Source of the DNA: Felis catus
Taxonomy: Eukaryota
Assembly (NCBI RefSeq): GCF_018350175.1
Contig: NC_058368.1
Coordinates: 112,718,001 to 112,782,000 of the forward strand
Direction of reading: 5' to 3'
DNA: 64,000 nucleotides
This document shows positions 36,960 through 50,805 of this stretch, piece after piece; the first letter of the stretch is position 1, and each line of letters starts with the position of its first letter. Position numbers and translations under genes: made by a program. The notes under the pieces were generated by a model. It ran no database searches and was not told where the DNA came from. It saw only the letters and a list, made by a program, of their open reading frames with translations.

Positions 36960-37583
36960 GTGATGCTAAGTGAAATAAGCCATACAGAGAAAGACAGATA
37001 CCATATGTTTTCACTCTTATGTGGATCCTGAGAAACTTAACAGAAACCCATGGGGGAGGGGAAGGAAAAAAAAAAAGAGGTTAGAGTGGGAGAGAGCCAA
37101 AGCATAAGAGACTCTTAAAAACTGAGAACAAACTGAGGGTTGATGGGGGGGTGGGAGGGAGGGGAGCGTGGGTGATGGGTGTTGAGGAGGGCACCTTTTG
37201 GGATGAGCCCTGGGTGTTGTATGGAAACCAATTTGACAATAAATTTCATATTAAAAAAAAAGAAAAGAAAAAGAAAGCAGGTACTGAGCATTGGGCAAAG
37301 TACAGAAGAGGACATAAGATGAAGATCATTTATGTGGACCCCCCACCCCAGCCCCATCCCTTTCCCCAAAACTCCCTTCTCTACCTTGAAGGTTCATTCC
37401 AATACCAACTCCTCCTTGAGCCTTTTCTGGATTCTCCAACCACAGAAATCCCTTTCCTGTTAGCATCATTCAACATTTTGGTGATGGGCATTGAAGAGGG
37501 CATCTTTTGGGATGAGCACTGGGTGTCGTATGGAAACCAATTTGACAATAAATTTCATATATTAAAAAAAAAGGAAAAAAAAG
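36960..37583 (+). mobile_element. 5'-truncated felid L1 insertion with 3'-transduced sequence and a second L1 tail
   Basis: L1 3' end 36960-37277, unique 37278-37478, second L1 3' end 37479-37583; perfect TSD aaaaatcaggagactta at 36943-36959 and 37584-37600. Confidence 0.9.
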
Positions 37584-37644
37584 AAAAATCAGGAGACTTA
37601 TACGATGGTCACAAGGCTAATTTCTATAACGCATAAGAATTCTT

Positions 37645-37757
37645 GGGGCCCCTGGGTGGCTCAGTCAGTTAACCCATCTGATTCTGTCCTCACAGAGCAG
37701 AGCCTGCTTGGGATTCTCTCTTTTCCCCCCTCAAAATAAATAAATAAGTCAAAAACA
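37645..37757 (+). mobile_element. Short, internally deleted CanSINE
   Basis: Head ggggcccctgggtggctcagtcagttaa joined to agagcctgcttgggattct and tail; flanked by aattctt. Confidence 0.8.
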
Positions 37758-39699
37758 AAATTCTTAAAAATCAATAAAAAATGGCAAAATATGACATAAT
37801 GAATAAAAACTCAAAAGAATTCACAAAAAATATAAAATGGGCTTTAATTGCAAAAAAAAAAAAAGATAATTCGTCTTCACTTATAATAAAATGTCAATGA
37901 GAACTTTATCGAGAGGCCATTTCTCATCTATCAGATTGATAGAAAGTCCAAAACCTAGGAACACATCTGTCAAGGCTATGGAAATTCAGATACTTTTACA
38001 CATTTATGCTGCAACTGCAAAATGATAACAACCCCTTTGTAGGGGATTTGATGATATTTAACAAAAATTATATATGCATTTACCTTTTGAACCAGAAATT
38101 CCGTTTCTAGAAATTTGCCTACAAATATGAAATAGCATATGTGCAAGGTCTTCATTCAGGAATAAGTTATAATAACAAAACATTACAGTCATTCTAAATG
38201 ATGACTCAAAGGAGAGCGATTGAATTAAATACAGTGCTCCATACAGTTGTATGAAGTGTAGCCAAAGAAGAAGAATAAAGAAGCTGTCCGTGAGTCCAGG
38301 ATACAGTGGTGTGCATATCTACATATCATGTAAAAGAGAAGGGGAACTTGCTTATTCTTGCAAAGTGAAATGGGATATATCAACCAGAAATTAATGAAAA
38401 TATTTACTTACAAGGTACATAGAGATAGTGTGGAGGATATAGGGGTGATTGTGAGATTTCTTTTAGTAGAAAATTTTTTATATAGTTTTAATTTTCAACT
38501 ATGTAAATATCTGAAAAGTTAAAAAATTAACAAAAACATGAAACAACAGACAATAAATTTGATTACAAACAGAAGAATAACCCAACTTCATGTCAAATTG
38601 ATAATAATCACAGAGGAAAAAAAAGTAACTTTGGGCTTATAGAGCTATGACTATACATCCTAAATAGAACATATTATAAAGTCAAAGAGAACTTCAAAGA
38701 ATGATTAATATTTGCTTAGCAGCTTTGTTCTTGGTAATGGTTTGGGTGGTATAATTTTGAAACTGTTTTGTTTGCATAATAGGATACAGCAAATGAGTAA
38801 ATATATTGATGTTTTTGGGAAGCAGAGCTTTTACATTCCTAGGTGAGGACAAAGGATGTAGATAGGGTTGGATTTCAGTGAGAGGCCTCAATACAAGCTT
38901 ATTATGTATGTATATAGATTGATAGATACCATGGCCACACATAGACACTTCCTATCTCTGTTCACTGAAAGAGCTTTAAGCAAATCCACTTCAGTAGCAG
39001 TGAGTGCACTTAGCTCCTAGGTCTGGATTTCTAAATACTAATGATGCTTCTTAGAGAAATGGCTATGTCTAGGCCCAGAGCAGGGAATTTACAAGGTAAG
39101 CCTGAAAAATCTCATGTCAAAAAGCAAGTAAGTGCACAAAGACTAATGGGTTCATTAAAAAGAAAAGTACAAAAGCTGGCTTGGTACAAGTTACACATTA
39201 AAAAGAATGATGACCATTGATTATAACATGTTGAGTAAAAACTGAATTCATGAGTTCATAGTGATGAGAAGAGGGGGGAGACATCGAGAGAGATAGAAGA
39301 AAGCTCTTTTTATAAAAGAATAGTGGCCAATAAATGTAGATGCACTAACACAATTAGAAAATCCACATTTCACATCATATAATCTGTTATTAAGTATCAA
39401 TTATCAGTTATTCCAAATAGAATGATCCATGACTGCTGAAATCATTGGGTTAAAGATTTTTGGGGAACAGGATATTTACATGGTCTCAAAGTATCACCCT
39501 AGAGATTATTTGAGCTAAAGGAAAATATGTTCTTATAATGCTCATATTTGATGCTGTACACCTTAACCAAGTAATCATACCTGGTATATCTTCAAGTGGG
39601 ATAATCTAACATTATGTATCTCCTGAAGTAATGCAGGAAGAAGTAAAAAACATCATCTAGGTAGTATATTTGCTAAAAAAATATTTAATGTAAATCTTA

Positions 39700-40286
39700 G
39701 GTCAAATTTGGTTAAGTTGTGTTTTTTAGGGAATTTGTCCATTTCATCTAAGTGGTTCAGTTTGTTGGCATAAAACTGTAATATTTTCTCATTATCCTCT
39801 TAAGATCAGTAACTTTCTCAGTGGTGTCACCTCTTTTATTGGTAATTTGTGTCCTTTTTTTTTTTTTTGATCATTCTTGGTGTTTATCAGTTTAATTATT
39901 TTTTAGAGGAATTTTCTCTCTTGTTTGTCTGGTTTCAGTTTTATCAATTTCTATCTATGTTTATTATTTCCTCCATTCTGTTTACTCTGGGTTTGACTTG
40001 TACTTTAGGTCACTGACTGAAGACCTTTCTTATTTTCTGAAGTAAGTATTCAAAGTTACAAAGTTTCCTTCAAGCAGTGCTTAGCTATATCCCACAAATT
40101 TTGAGATGCTGTGTTTTCAAGAACATTCAGTTTAATTTCAGTTTTTTTCTTATAATTACATCTGTGATCTATGGATTACTTAGATGTGTTGCTTAATTTC
40201 CAAATATTGGGTTTTTTTCTAAGTATCTTATTGTTATATTCTAATATCTTTTCGCTAATTTAATACCAGTGCAGAGTACACTTTTT
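39700..40286 (-). mobile_element. Old L1 ORF2 fragment (antisense), continuing at 46163-46260 after the young L1
   Basis: ggaatttgtccatttcatctaag...gtttgttggcataa; resumes with gagacctgttttatggcccca. Confidence 0.7.
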
Positions 40287-40515
40287 GTAAGACTTTTTTT
40301 TTAATATGAAATTTATTGTCAAATTGGTTTCCATACAACACCCAGTGCTCATCCCAACAGGTGCCCTCCTCAATACCCATCACCCACCCACCCTCCCCTC
40401 TCCCCTATCAACCCTCATTTTGTTCTCAGTTTTTGAGTCTCTTATGCTTTGGCTCTCTCCCTCTCTAACCTCTTTTTTTTTCTTCCCCTCCCCCATGGAC
40501 TTCTGTTAAGTTTCT

Positions 40516-43500
40516 CAGGATCCACATAAGAGTGAAAACATATGGTATCTGTCTTTCTCTGTATGACTTATTTCACTTAGCATAACACTCTCCAGTTCCA
40601 TCCATGTTGCTACAAAAGGCCAGATTTCATTCTTTCTCATTGCCACGTAGTATTGCATTGTTTATATAAACCACAATTTCTTTATCCATTCATCAGTTGA
40701 TGGACATTTAGGCTCTTTCCATAATTTGGCTATTATTGAAAGTGCTGCTATCAACATTGGGGTACAAGTGCCCCTATGCATCAGTACTCCTGTATCCCTT
40801 AGGTAAATTCCTAGCAGTGCTATTGCTGGGTCATAGGGGAGATGTATTTTTAATTTTTTGAGGAAACTCCACACTGTTTTTCAGAGCGGCTGCACCAGTT
40901 TACATTCCCACCAACAGTGCAAGAGGGTTCCCGTGTCTCCACATCCTCGCCAGCATCTATAGTCTCCTGATTTGTTCATTTTAGCCACTCTTACTGGCGT
41001 GAGGTGGTATATGAGTGTGGTTTTGATTTGTATTTCCCTGATGAGGAGTGACATTGAGCACCTTGTCATGTGCCTGTTGGCCATCTGGATGTTGTCTTTA
41101 GAAAAGTGTCTATTCATGTTTTCTGCCCATTTCCTCACTGGATTTTTTGTTTTTTTGGGTGTGGAGTTTGGTGAGTTCTTTATAGATTTTGGATACTAGC
41201 CCTTTGACCGATATGTCATTTGCAAATATCTTTTCCCATTCCGTTGGTTGCCTTTTAGTTTTATTGATTGTTTCCTTTGCTGTGCAGAAGCTTTTTATCT
41301 TCATGAGGTCCCAATAGTTCATTTTTGCTTTTAATTCCCTTGCCTTTGGGGATGTGTCGAGTAAGAAATTGCTGCAGCTGAGATCAGAGAGGTTTTTTCC
41401 TGCTTTCTCCTCTAGAGTTTTGATGGTTTCCTGTCTCACATTCAGGTCCTTTATCCATTTTGAGTTTGTTTTTGCGTATGGTGTAAGAAAGTGGTGTAGT
41501 TTCATTCTTCTGCATGTTGCTGTCCACTTCTCCCAGCACCATTTGTTAAAGAGACTGCCTTTTTTCCATTGGATATTCTTTCCTGCTTTGTCAAAGGTTA
41601 GTTGGCCATACTTTTGTGGGTCTAGTTCTGAGGTTTCTATTTTATTCCATTGGTCTATGTGTCTGTTTTTGTGCGAATACCATGCTGTCTTGATGATTAC
41701 AGCTTTGTAGTAGAGGCTAAAGTCTGGGATTGTGATGCCTCCCGCTTTGGTCTTCTTCTTCAATATTCCTTTGGCTATTCGGGGCCTTTTGTAGTTCCAT
41801 ACAAATTTTAGGATTGCTTGGTCTAGCTTCGAGAAGAATGCTGGCGCAATTTTGATTGGGATTGCATTGAATGTGTAGTTAGCTTTGGGTGGTATTGACA
41901 TTTTAACAATATTTATTCTTCCAATCCATGAGCATGGGATGTTTTTCCATTTCTTTATATCTTCTTCAATTTCCTTCATAAGCTTTCTATAGTTTTAAGC
42001 ATACAGCTCTTTTACATCTTTGGTTAGGTTTATTCCTAGGTATTTTATGCTTCTTGCAGCAATTGTGAATGGGATCAGTTTCTTTATTTGTCTTTCTGTT
42101 TCTTCATTATTAATGTATAAGAATGCAACTGATTTCTGTACATTGATTTTGTATCCTGCGACTTTGCTGAATTCATGTATCAGTTCTAGCAGACTTTTGG
42201 TGGAGTTTATTGGATTTTCCATGTATAATATCAAGTCATCTGTAAAAAGTGAAAGCTTAACTTCATCTTTGCCAATTTTGATGCCTTTGATTTCCTTTTG
42301 TTGTCTGATTGCTGATGTTAGCACTTCCAACACTATGTTAAACAACAGCAGTGAGAGTGGACATCCCTGTCATGTTCCTGATCTCAGGGAGAAAGCTCAC
42401 AGTTTTTCCCCATTGAGGATGATATTAGCTGTGGGCTTTTTCGAGGGTTTTTATTAAGAAAGGATGCTGAATTTTGTCAAATGCTTTTTCTGCATCGATT
42501 GACAGGATCATATGGTTCTTATCTTTTCTTTTGTTAATATGATGTTTCACATTGATTGATTTGCAAATGTTGAACCAGCCCTGCAGCCCAGGAATGAATC
42601 CCACTTGATCATGGTGAATAATTCTTCTTACATGCTGTTGAATTTGATTTGCTAGTATCTTATTGAGAATTTTTGCATCCAAATTCATCATGGATATTGG
42701 CCTGTAGTTCTCTTTTTTTGCTGGGTCTCTGTCTGGTTTAGGAATCAAAGTAATGCTGGCTTCATAGAATGAATCTGGAAGTTTTCCTTCCCTTTCTATT
42801 TTTTGGAATAGCTTGAGAAGGATAGGCATTATCTCTGCTTTAAATGTCTGGTAGTATTCCCCTGGGAAGCCATCTGGTCCTGGACTCCTTTTTGTTGGGA
42901 GATTTTCAATAACTGATACAATTTCTTCACTTGTTATGGGTCTGTTCAAGTTTTCTATTTCTTCCTGTTTGAGTTTTGGAAGTGTGTGGGTGCTTAGGAG
43001 TTTGTCCGTTTCTTCCAGGTTGTCCCGTTTGTTGGCATATAATTTTTCATAGTATTCCCTGATAATTGCTTGTATTTCTGAGGGATTGGTTGTAATAATT
43101 CCATTTTCATTCATGATTTTATCTATTTGGGTCATCTCCCTTTTCTTTTTGAGAAGCTTGGCTAGTGGTTTACCAATTTTGTTTATTTTTTCAAAAAACC
43201 AACTCTTGGCTTCATTGATCTGCTCTACAGTTTTTTTAGATTCTGTGTTGTTTATTTCTGCTCTGATCGTTATTATTTCTCTTCTTCTGCTGGATTTAGG
43301 CTGCCTTTGCTGTTCTGCTTCTAGTTCCTTTAGGTGTGCTGTTAGATTTTGTATTGGGGATTTTTCTTGTTTCTTGAGATAGGCCTGGATTGCAATGTAT
43401 TTTCCTCTCAGGGCTGCCTTCGCTGCATCTCAAAGCGTTTGAATTGTTGTATTTTCATTTTCATTTGTTTCCATATATATTTTTAATTTCTTCTCTAATT

Positions 43501-44282
43501 GCCTGGTTGACCCATTCATTCTTTAGTAGGGTGTTCTTTAACCTCCATGCTTTTGGAGGTTTTCCAGACTTTTTCCTGTGGTTGATGTCAAGCTTCATAG
43601 CACTGTGGTCTGAAAGTGTGTATGGTATGATCTCAATTCTTGTATACTTATGAAAGGCTGTTTTGTGACCCAGTATGTGATCTATCTTGGAGAATGTTCC
43701 ATGTGTACTCAAGAATAAGGTATATTCTGTTCCTTTGGGATGCAGAGTTCTAAATATATCTGTCAAGTCCATCTGATCCAATGTATCATTCAGGGCCCTT
43801 GTTTCTTTATTGATCCTGTGTCTAGATGATCCATCCATTGTTGTAAGTGGAGTATTAAAGTCCCCTGCAATGACCACATTCTTATCAATAAGGTTGCTTA
43901 TGTTTGTGATTAATTGGTTTATATATTTGGAGGCTCCTGTATTCAGTGCATAGACATTTATAATTGTTAGCTCTTCCTGATGGATAGACCCTGTAATTAT
44001 TATATAATGCCCTTCTTCATCTCTTGTTACAGCCTTTAATTTAAAGTCTAGTTTGTCTGATATAAGTATGACTACTCCAGCTTTCTTTTGACTTCCAGTA
44101 GCATGATAGATAGTTCTCACTTTCAATCTGAAGGTGTCCTCAGGTCTAAAATGAGTCTCTTGTAGACAGCAAATAGATGGGTCTTGTTTTTTTATCCATT
44201 CTGATACCCTATGTATTTTGGTTGGAGCATTGAGTCCATTTACATTCAGTGTTATTATAGAAAGATATGGGTTTAGAGTCAT
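40516..44282 (-). pseudogene. L1 ORF2p (APE endonuclease + reverse transcriptase), multiple frameshifts and a deletion
   Basis: MTLNPYLSIITLNVNGLN...CLQETH...GDFNTPL...[21 protein letters not shown] (FADD motif mutated); IKYLGI; HCWWEC. Confidence 0.95.
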
Positions 44283-44388
44283 TGTGATGTGTGTATGTTT
44301 CGTGCTTGTAGTGATGTCTCTGGCACTTTGTCTCACAGGATCCCCCTTAGGATCTCTTGTAGGGATGGTTTAGTGGTGGTGAATTCCT

Positions 44389-45224
44389 TCAGTTTTTGTT
44401 TGTTTGGAAGACCTTCATCTCTCCTTCTATTCTAAATGACAGACTTGCTGGATAAAGGATTCTCGGCTGCATATTTTTTCTGTTCATCACATTGAAGATT
44501 TCCTGCCATTCCTTTCTGGCCTGCCAAGTTGCAGTAGATAGATCCATCACTAGTCTTATTGGTCTCCCTTTATATGTTAGAGCATATTTTTCCCTAGCTG
44601 CTTTCAGAATTTTCTCTTTATCCTTGTATTTTGCCAGTTTCACTATGATAGTTTGTGCAGAAGATAGATTCAAGTTACGTCTGAAGGGAGTTCTCTGTGC
44701 CTCTTGGATTTCAATGCCTTTTTCCTTCCTCAGATCAGGGAAGTTCTCAGCGATGATTTCTTCAAGTACACCTTCAGCCCCTTTCTCTCTCTCTTCCTCC
44801 TCTGGAATCCCTATTATACGTATATTATTGTATTTCATTGCATCACTTAATTCTCTAATTCTCCCCTCATATCCTGGATTCTTTTGTCTCTCTTTTTCTC
44901 AGCTTCCTCTTTTTCCGTAATTTTATCTTCTAATTCACCTATTCTCTCCTCTGCCTCTTCAGTCCGAGCTGTGGTTGCCTCCATTTTATTTTGCAGTGCA
45001 TTAATAGCATTTTTTAGCTCCTCCTGGCTGTTCCTTAGTCCCTTGATCTCTGTAGCAATAGATTCTCTGCTGTCCTCTATACTTTTTTCAATCCCATTGA
45101 TTAATTTTATGACTATTATTTTAAATTCATTTTGTGTTATATTGCTTAAATTGTTTTTGATCAGTTCATTAGCTGTCGCTACTTCCTGGAGTTTCTTTTG
45201 AGGAGAATTCTTCCATTTCTTCAT
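44389..45224 (-). pseudogene. L1 ORF1p, frameshifted (split over two ORF-track entries)
   Basis: MKKWKNSPQKK... coiled coil, then NNIRIIGIPEEEE...ARKEW...ILYPASLSF. Confidence 0.92.
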
Positions 45225-46997
45225 TTTGGATAGTTCCTGGAGTGGTGCAGAACTGCAGGGCACTTTCCCTGTGCTGTCCAGAGAAACTTTGTTGGTGGAC
45301 GGGGCCACAGTCAGACCGGATGTCTGCCCCCAGCCCAATGCTGGGGCCACAGTCAGACTGGTGTGTACCTTATCTTCCCCTCTCCCAGGGGCAGGACTCA
45401 CTGTGGAGTGGTGTGGCCCCTGTCTGGGCTACTTGCACACTGTGGATGCTGCTTCTATGGCTTGTGGTGCTGCTTCTATGGCTTGTGGTGCAGCATATTA
45501 GCTGGCATGGATCCGCAAGGTGCACAGGGACAGGAGGGGCAGGCTTAGCTCGCTTTGCCTTCCGTGATCCTCTGTGGGAGGGGCCCTGCAGCACCAGGTC
45601 GGAGGCCGACCCGTGGGAGAGATGGATCCACAGAAGCACAGTGTTGGGTGTTTGCGCAGTGCAAGCAAGTTCTGTGACGGGAACTGGTTCTCTTTGGGAT
45701 TTTAGCTGGGGGATGGGTGAGGGAGATGGCACTTCCCAGCGCCTTTTTTCGCTGCTGAGCTGAGCTCTGTCCTCCGGGGCTCAAGAACTCTCCCTCCCGC
45801 TCTCTGAGCAGAGCTGTTGACTTATAACATTCCAGATACTAAGTCCTGCTGGCTGTCAGAACACACTCCTTCCAGCCCCTCCGCTTTTGCAAGCCAGACT
45901 CGGGGATTCCGACTTGCCAGGTGGGCTGCCCCTCCACTGCCCTGGCTCCCTCCTGACAGTCCATGTAGCATGCAACGCCTCTCTGCCCTTCCTACCCCCT
46001 TTCCTGGGCCTCTCGTCTATGCTTGGCTCCAGAGAGTCCGTTCTGCTAGTTTTCTGGCTTAATTAGGCAGATGTGGGTGGAATCTAAGTGATCATCAGGA
46101 CGTGGTGAGCCCAGCGTCCTCCTACGCCACCATCTTCCATTGCTTTTCTCCAGTAAGACTTTCATCCTTTCACATTTTTGAGACCTGTTTTATGGCCCCA
46201 CATATGATGTATGTTAGCAAATGCTGCATGTATATTTAAAAACATTGTGTGTTCTGCAGCTACAGTGAAACCTGAATCTAATGAGGAAAATAACCGGCAT
46301 GTATAGAATCTGGTTTATTCTAAAAGGTACCTGGTCTTTACAAATGTCAGGGTCATAAAAAACACTTAACACACAAAACATGGCAGACTTGTCTAGTTTC
46401 AGAAAAACTAAAGAGGCAAAAACAACACAGAGAAGTTTGTGATCCTTGAATGGATCTTGGATCAGGAAGTAAAAAACAAAAACAATAAAAAGCATTTTGG
46501 AAACATTTGAAGAAATTTAAATATCATCTGAATAACAGATGATTTTTTTTTAGTGTACATTATTTATTTAAATTCAAGATCGTTAACATACAGTGTAGTA
46601 TTGGTTTCAGGAGTAGAACCCATTGATTTATCACTTACATACCACACCCAGTGCTCATCCCAACAAATGCCCCCCCTTAATGCCCATCACCCATTTAGTC
46701 CATCCCTCACCCATCTCATCTCCAGCAATCCTGTTTGTTTTCTGTATTTAAGAGTCTTTTATGGTTTGCCTCCATTTTTATCTTCTTTTTCTTTCCCTTC
46801 CCCTATGTTAATTTTTTTGCTTCTTAAATTCCACATAGTAGTGAAATCATATGATATTTGTCTTTCTTTGCCTGAATTAATTTCACCTACCATAATACAC
46901 GCATTTCCATCCACATTGTTTCAAATGGCAAGATTTCATTCTTTTTGATCACCAAGTAATTTTCCGTTCATCAGTGGATGGACATTTGGACTCTTTT

Positions 46998-47212
46998 TTT
47001 TTTTTTTAACGTTTATTCATCTTTGAGAGACAGAGAGAGACAGAGCATGAGCAGGGGAGGGGCAGAGAGAGAGAGAGACACAGAATCTGAATCAGACTCC
47101 AGGCTCTGAGCTGTCAGCACAGAGCCCGACACGGGGCTTGAACTCACAAACTGTGACATCATGACCTGAGCCAAAGTTAGACGCTCAGCCGACTGAGCCA
47201 CCCAGGCACCCC
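46998..47212 (-). mobile_element. CanSINE nested in L1
   Basis: TSD tgg[a/g]ctctttt. Confidence 0.95.
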
Positions 47213-49336
47213 TGGGCTCTTTTGTAATTTGTTGTTGATACTGCTGCTGTAAATATTGGGGTGCATGTGCCCCTTCAAATCAGCATTTTTGTATCCTTTG
47301 GATAAATACCTAGTAGTACAATTACTGGGTCGCATGGTAGTAATACTTTTTAATTTTTTAAGGAACCTCCATACTGTTTTCCAGAGTGGCTGTACCAGTT
47401 TCTATTCCCACCAATAGTGCAAATATTGCCGATTTTCTTCATCCTTGCCAACATCTGTTGTTTCCTGAGTTGTTAGTTTTAGCCATTCTGACAGGTGTGA
47501 GATGGTATCTCAATACGGTTTTGATTTGTAGTTCCCTGATTATGAGCAATGTTGAGCATCTTTTCTTGTGTCTGTCAGCCATCTGGATGTCTTCTTTGGC
47601 AAAGTGTCTATTCATGTCTTCTTCCCATTCATTATTCCCATTCTGGATTATTTATTTTTTGGGTGTTGAGTTTGATGAATTCTTCATAGATTTTGGATAC
47701 TAACCCTTTATCTGATATGTCATTTTCAAATATCGTCTCCCATTCTGTCAGTTACCATTTAGTTTCATTGATTGTTTCCTTCTCTGTGCAGAAGCTTTTT
47801 ATCTTGATGAGGTCCCAATAGTTCATTTTTATTTTTATTTCCCTTGTCCCTGGAGACATGTCTAGTAAGGAGCTGCTGTGGCCAAGGTCAAAGAAGTTGT
47901 TCCTGTGTTCTCCTCTAGGATTTTGATGGTTTCCTGTCTCACATTTAGGGTCTTTCATCCATTTTGAATTTATTTTTGTGTATGGGTAAGAAAGTGGTCC
48001 TGTTTCAATCCTCTACATGTCATTGTCCAGTTTTCCCACCACCATTTTTTGAAGAGACTCTTTTTTCCATTGGATACTCTTTCCTGCTTTGTCTAAGATT
48101 AGTTGGCCATATGTTTGTGGGTCCATTTCTGGGTTCTCTGTTCTGCTCCATTGATCAACATGTCTATTTTTGTGCTAGTACCATACTGTCTTGATGATTA
48201 AAGCTTTGTAATACAACTTGAAGTCTGGAATTGTGATGCCTCCAGCTTTGGTTTTCTTTTTCCATGTTACTTTGGCTCTTCAGGGTCTTTTCTGGTTCCA
48301 TACAAATTTTAGAATTGTTTGTTCTAGATCTGTGATGAGTGCTGGTGTTATTTTGATAGGGATTGCATTGAATGTGTAGATTGCTTTGGGTAGTATAGAC
48401 ATTTTAACAAATTTGTCTTCCAGTGCATTAGCGTGGAATGTTTTTTTCATTTCTTTGTGTCTTCAATTTTTTTCATAAGCTTTCTATAATTTTCAGCAGA
48501 CAGATATTTTATCTCTTTGGTTAGGTTTATTCCTAAGTTTCTTATGGTTTCTGGAATAATTATAAATGGAATTGATTCCTTGATTTCTCTTTCTGCTGCT
48601 TCATTATTGGTGTATGTAAATGCACCCAATTTCTGTACATTAATTTTATATCCCGTGACTTGGCTGAATACTTGTATCGGTTCTAGCAGTCTTCTGGTGG
48701 AGTCTTTCAGGATTTCCATGTAGAGTATAATCTTGTCTGCGAAGATTCAAAGTTTGACTTCTCCTTTGCCAATTTGTATGCCTTCTAAATCTTTTTGTTG
48801 TCTGATTGCTGAGGCTAGGACTTCCAACACTATGTTGAATAACAGTGGTAAGATTTGACATCCCTGTTATGTTCCTGACCTTAGGGGAAAAGTTCTCAGT
48901 TTTTCCCCATTCAGGATGATATTAGCTGTTCATCTTTCATATGGGGCCTTTATTATGTTGTGGTATATTCCTTCTATCGCTACTTTCTTGAGGGTTTTTA
49001 TCAATAAAGGATGCTGTATTTTGTCAAATGCTTTTTCTCCATATATTGAGAGGATCATATGGTTCTTACACTTTCTGTTATTAATGTGGTGTATCACATT
49101 GATTGATTTAAAAATATAGAACCAGAACTGTATCCCAGGAATAAATACTAATTTATTATGGTGAATAATTCTTTTAGTGTACTGTTGAATTTGATGTGCT
49201 AGTACCTGTAAAGAATATTTGCATCCAGGTTTGTCAGGGATATTGACCTTTAATTCTCCTTTTTAGTAGAGTCTTTTTCTGGTTTTGGAATCAAGATAAT
49301 GCTGGCTTTGTAGCATGAGTTTGAAAAATTCCTTAC

Positions 49337-49337
<1 letters not shown>

Positions 49338-49399
<62 letters not shown>

Positions 49400-49410
49400 T
49401 TTTTCTTTTT
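49338..49410. repeat. (TTTC)n microsatellite inside L1 ORF2
   Basis: Seen directly. Confidence 0.95.
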
Positions 49411-50805
49411 GAACAGTTTGAGAAGAATAGGTATTAACCCTTTTTTAAGTGTCTGATATAATTACCCTGGGAAGCCATCTGGCCAGGACTCTTGTTTGTT
49501 AAGAGATTTATGATTACTGATTCAGTTTCTTTGCTGGTTATGGATGTGTTCAAATTTTCTATTTCTTCCCATTTGAGTTTTGGTAGTGTGTGAGTGTCTA
49601 GGAATTTGTCTATTTCTTCCAGATTGTCCAGTTTGTTGGCATATAATTTTTCATGGTATTCTCTAATAATTGTATTTCTGTGGTGTTGGTTTGATCTCTC
49701 CTCTTTTGTTTGTGATTTTATCTATCTGGGTCATCTCTCTTTTCTTTTTTGATAAGTCTGGCTACGGGTTATCAATTTTGTTTATTCTTTCAAATAACCA
49801 GCATTTAGTATCATTCATCTGTTCTGGTTTTTGTTTGTTTGTTTTTATATCTATTTCTGCTCTAATGTTTATTCTTTCTCTTCTTCTGCTGGTTTTAGGC
49901 TTTATTTGCTGCCCCTTTTCTAGCTCCTTTAGGTGCAAGGTTACGTTGTGTGTTTGGGACCTTTCTTGCTTCTTGACATAAGCCTGAATTGCAATGTACT
50001 TTCCTCTTAAGACTGACTTTGCTGCATCCCAAAGAGTTTGGACCGTCGTGTTTTCATTTTCATTTGCTTCTATGTATTTTTTAATTTCTTCTTTGATTTC
50101 CTGGTTTACTTATTGATTCTTTAGGACGATGTTCTTTAACCTCTGTGGATTTGAGTGCTTTCCAAATTTTTACTTGTGGTTGATTTCAAGTTTCATAGTG
50201 TTGTGATATGAAAATATGCATGGAATGTTCTTGATCTTTTTGTACTTGTTGCAGGCTGACTTGTGACCCAGTATGCGATCTATTCTGGAGAATGTTTCAT
50301 CTGCACTTGAGAAGAATATATATTCTGCTTCAGGATGAAATGTTCTGAATATATCTGTTAATTCCATCTGGTCCAGTGTGTCATTCAAAGCCATTGTTTC
50401 CTTGTTGATTTTCTGCTTAGATGATCTGTCCATTATTGTAAGAAGGGTATTAAAGTGTCCTACTATTATGGTATTATTATCAATGAGTGTCTTTATGTTT
50501 GTTATTAATTGATTTATATATTTGTGGCCTTCAAGTTGGGGGCATAAATATTTATAATGGCTCAATCTTCTTGATGGGTAGACCCCTTAACTATGGTATA
50601 ATGCCCTTCTTCATCTCTTGTTATGGTTTTGTTTTAAAATCTAGTTTGTATGATGTATGTGTGGCTACTCTGGCTTTCCTTTGACCTCCATTAACATGAT
50701 AGATGGTTCTCCATTTTCTCACGTTCAGTCTGCAGATGTCTTTAGGCCTAAAATGAGCCTCTTGTAGCCAGCATATAGATGGATTTTTTCAAAAATCCAT
50801 TCTGA

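Larger units (their letters stand above)
36660..39700 (+). mobile_element. Old L1 (L1MC-like) ORF2 end and long 3'UTR; resumes at ~46260-46540 and ~53180-53490
   Basis: aataaatggtttggggacaactggcta (NKW..DNW), aggccatttctcatctatcagattg, and an A-rich L1MC-type 3'UTR. Confidence 0.7.
40297..46152 (-). mobile_element. Near full-length felid LINE-1 (~5.86 kb), inactivated
   Basis: 5'UTR with GGAAGATGG start motif, ORF1, ORF2, 3'UTR and poly(A); TSD gtaagacttt at 40287-40296 and 46153-46162. Confidence 0.97.

Noticed and set aside
37151..37636. 161-aa ORF with internal repeat (WVMGVEEG...NQFDNKFHI twice)
   Set aside because: Read-through of two L1 3'UTR copies in the transduction; not a protein.
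40297..46152. Potentially active L1 or novel reverse-transcriptase system
   Set aside because: Ordinary L1 architecture; both ORFs are frameshifted, with an RT deletion and a mutated catalytic motif.
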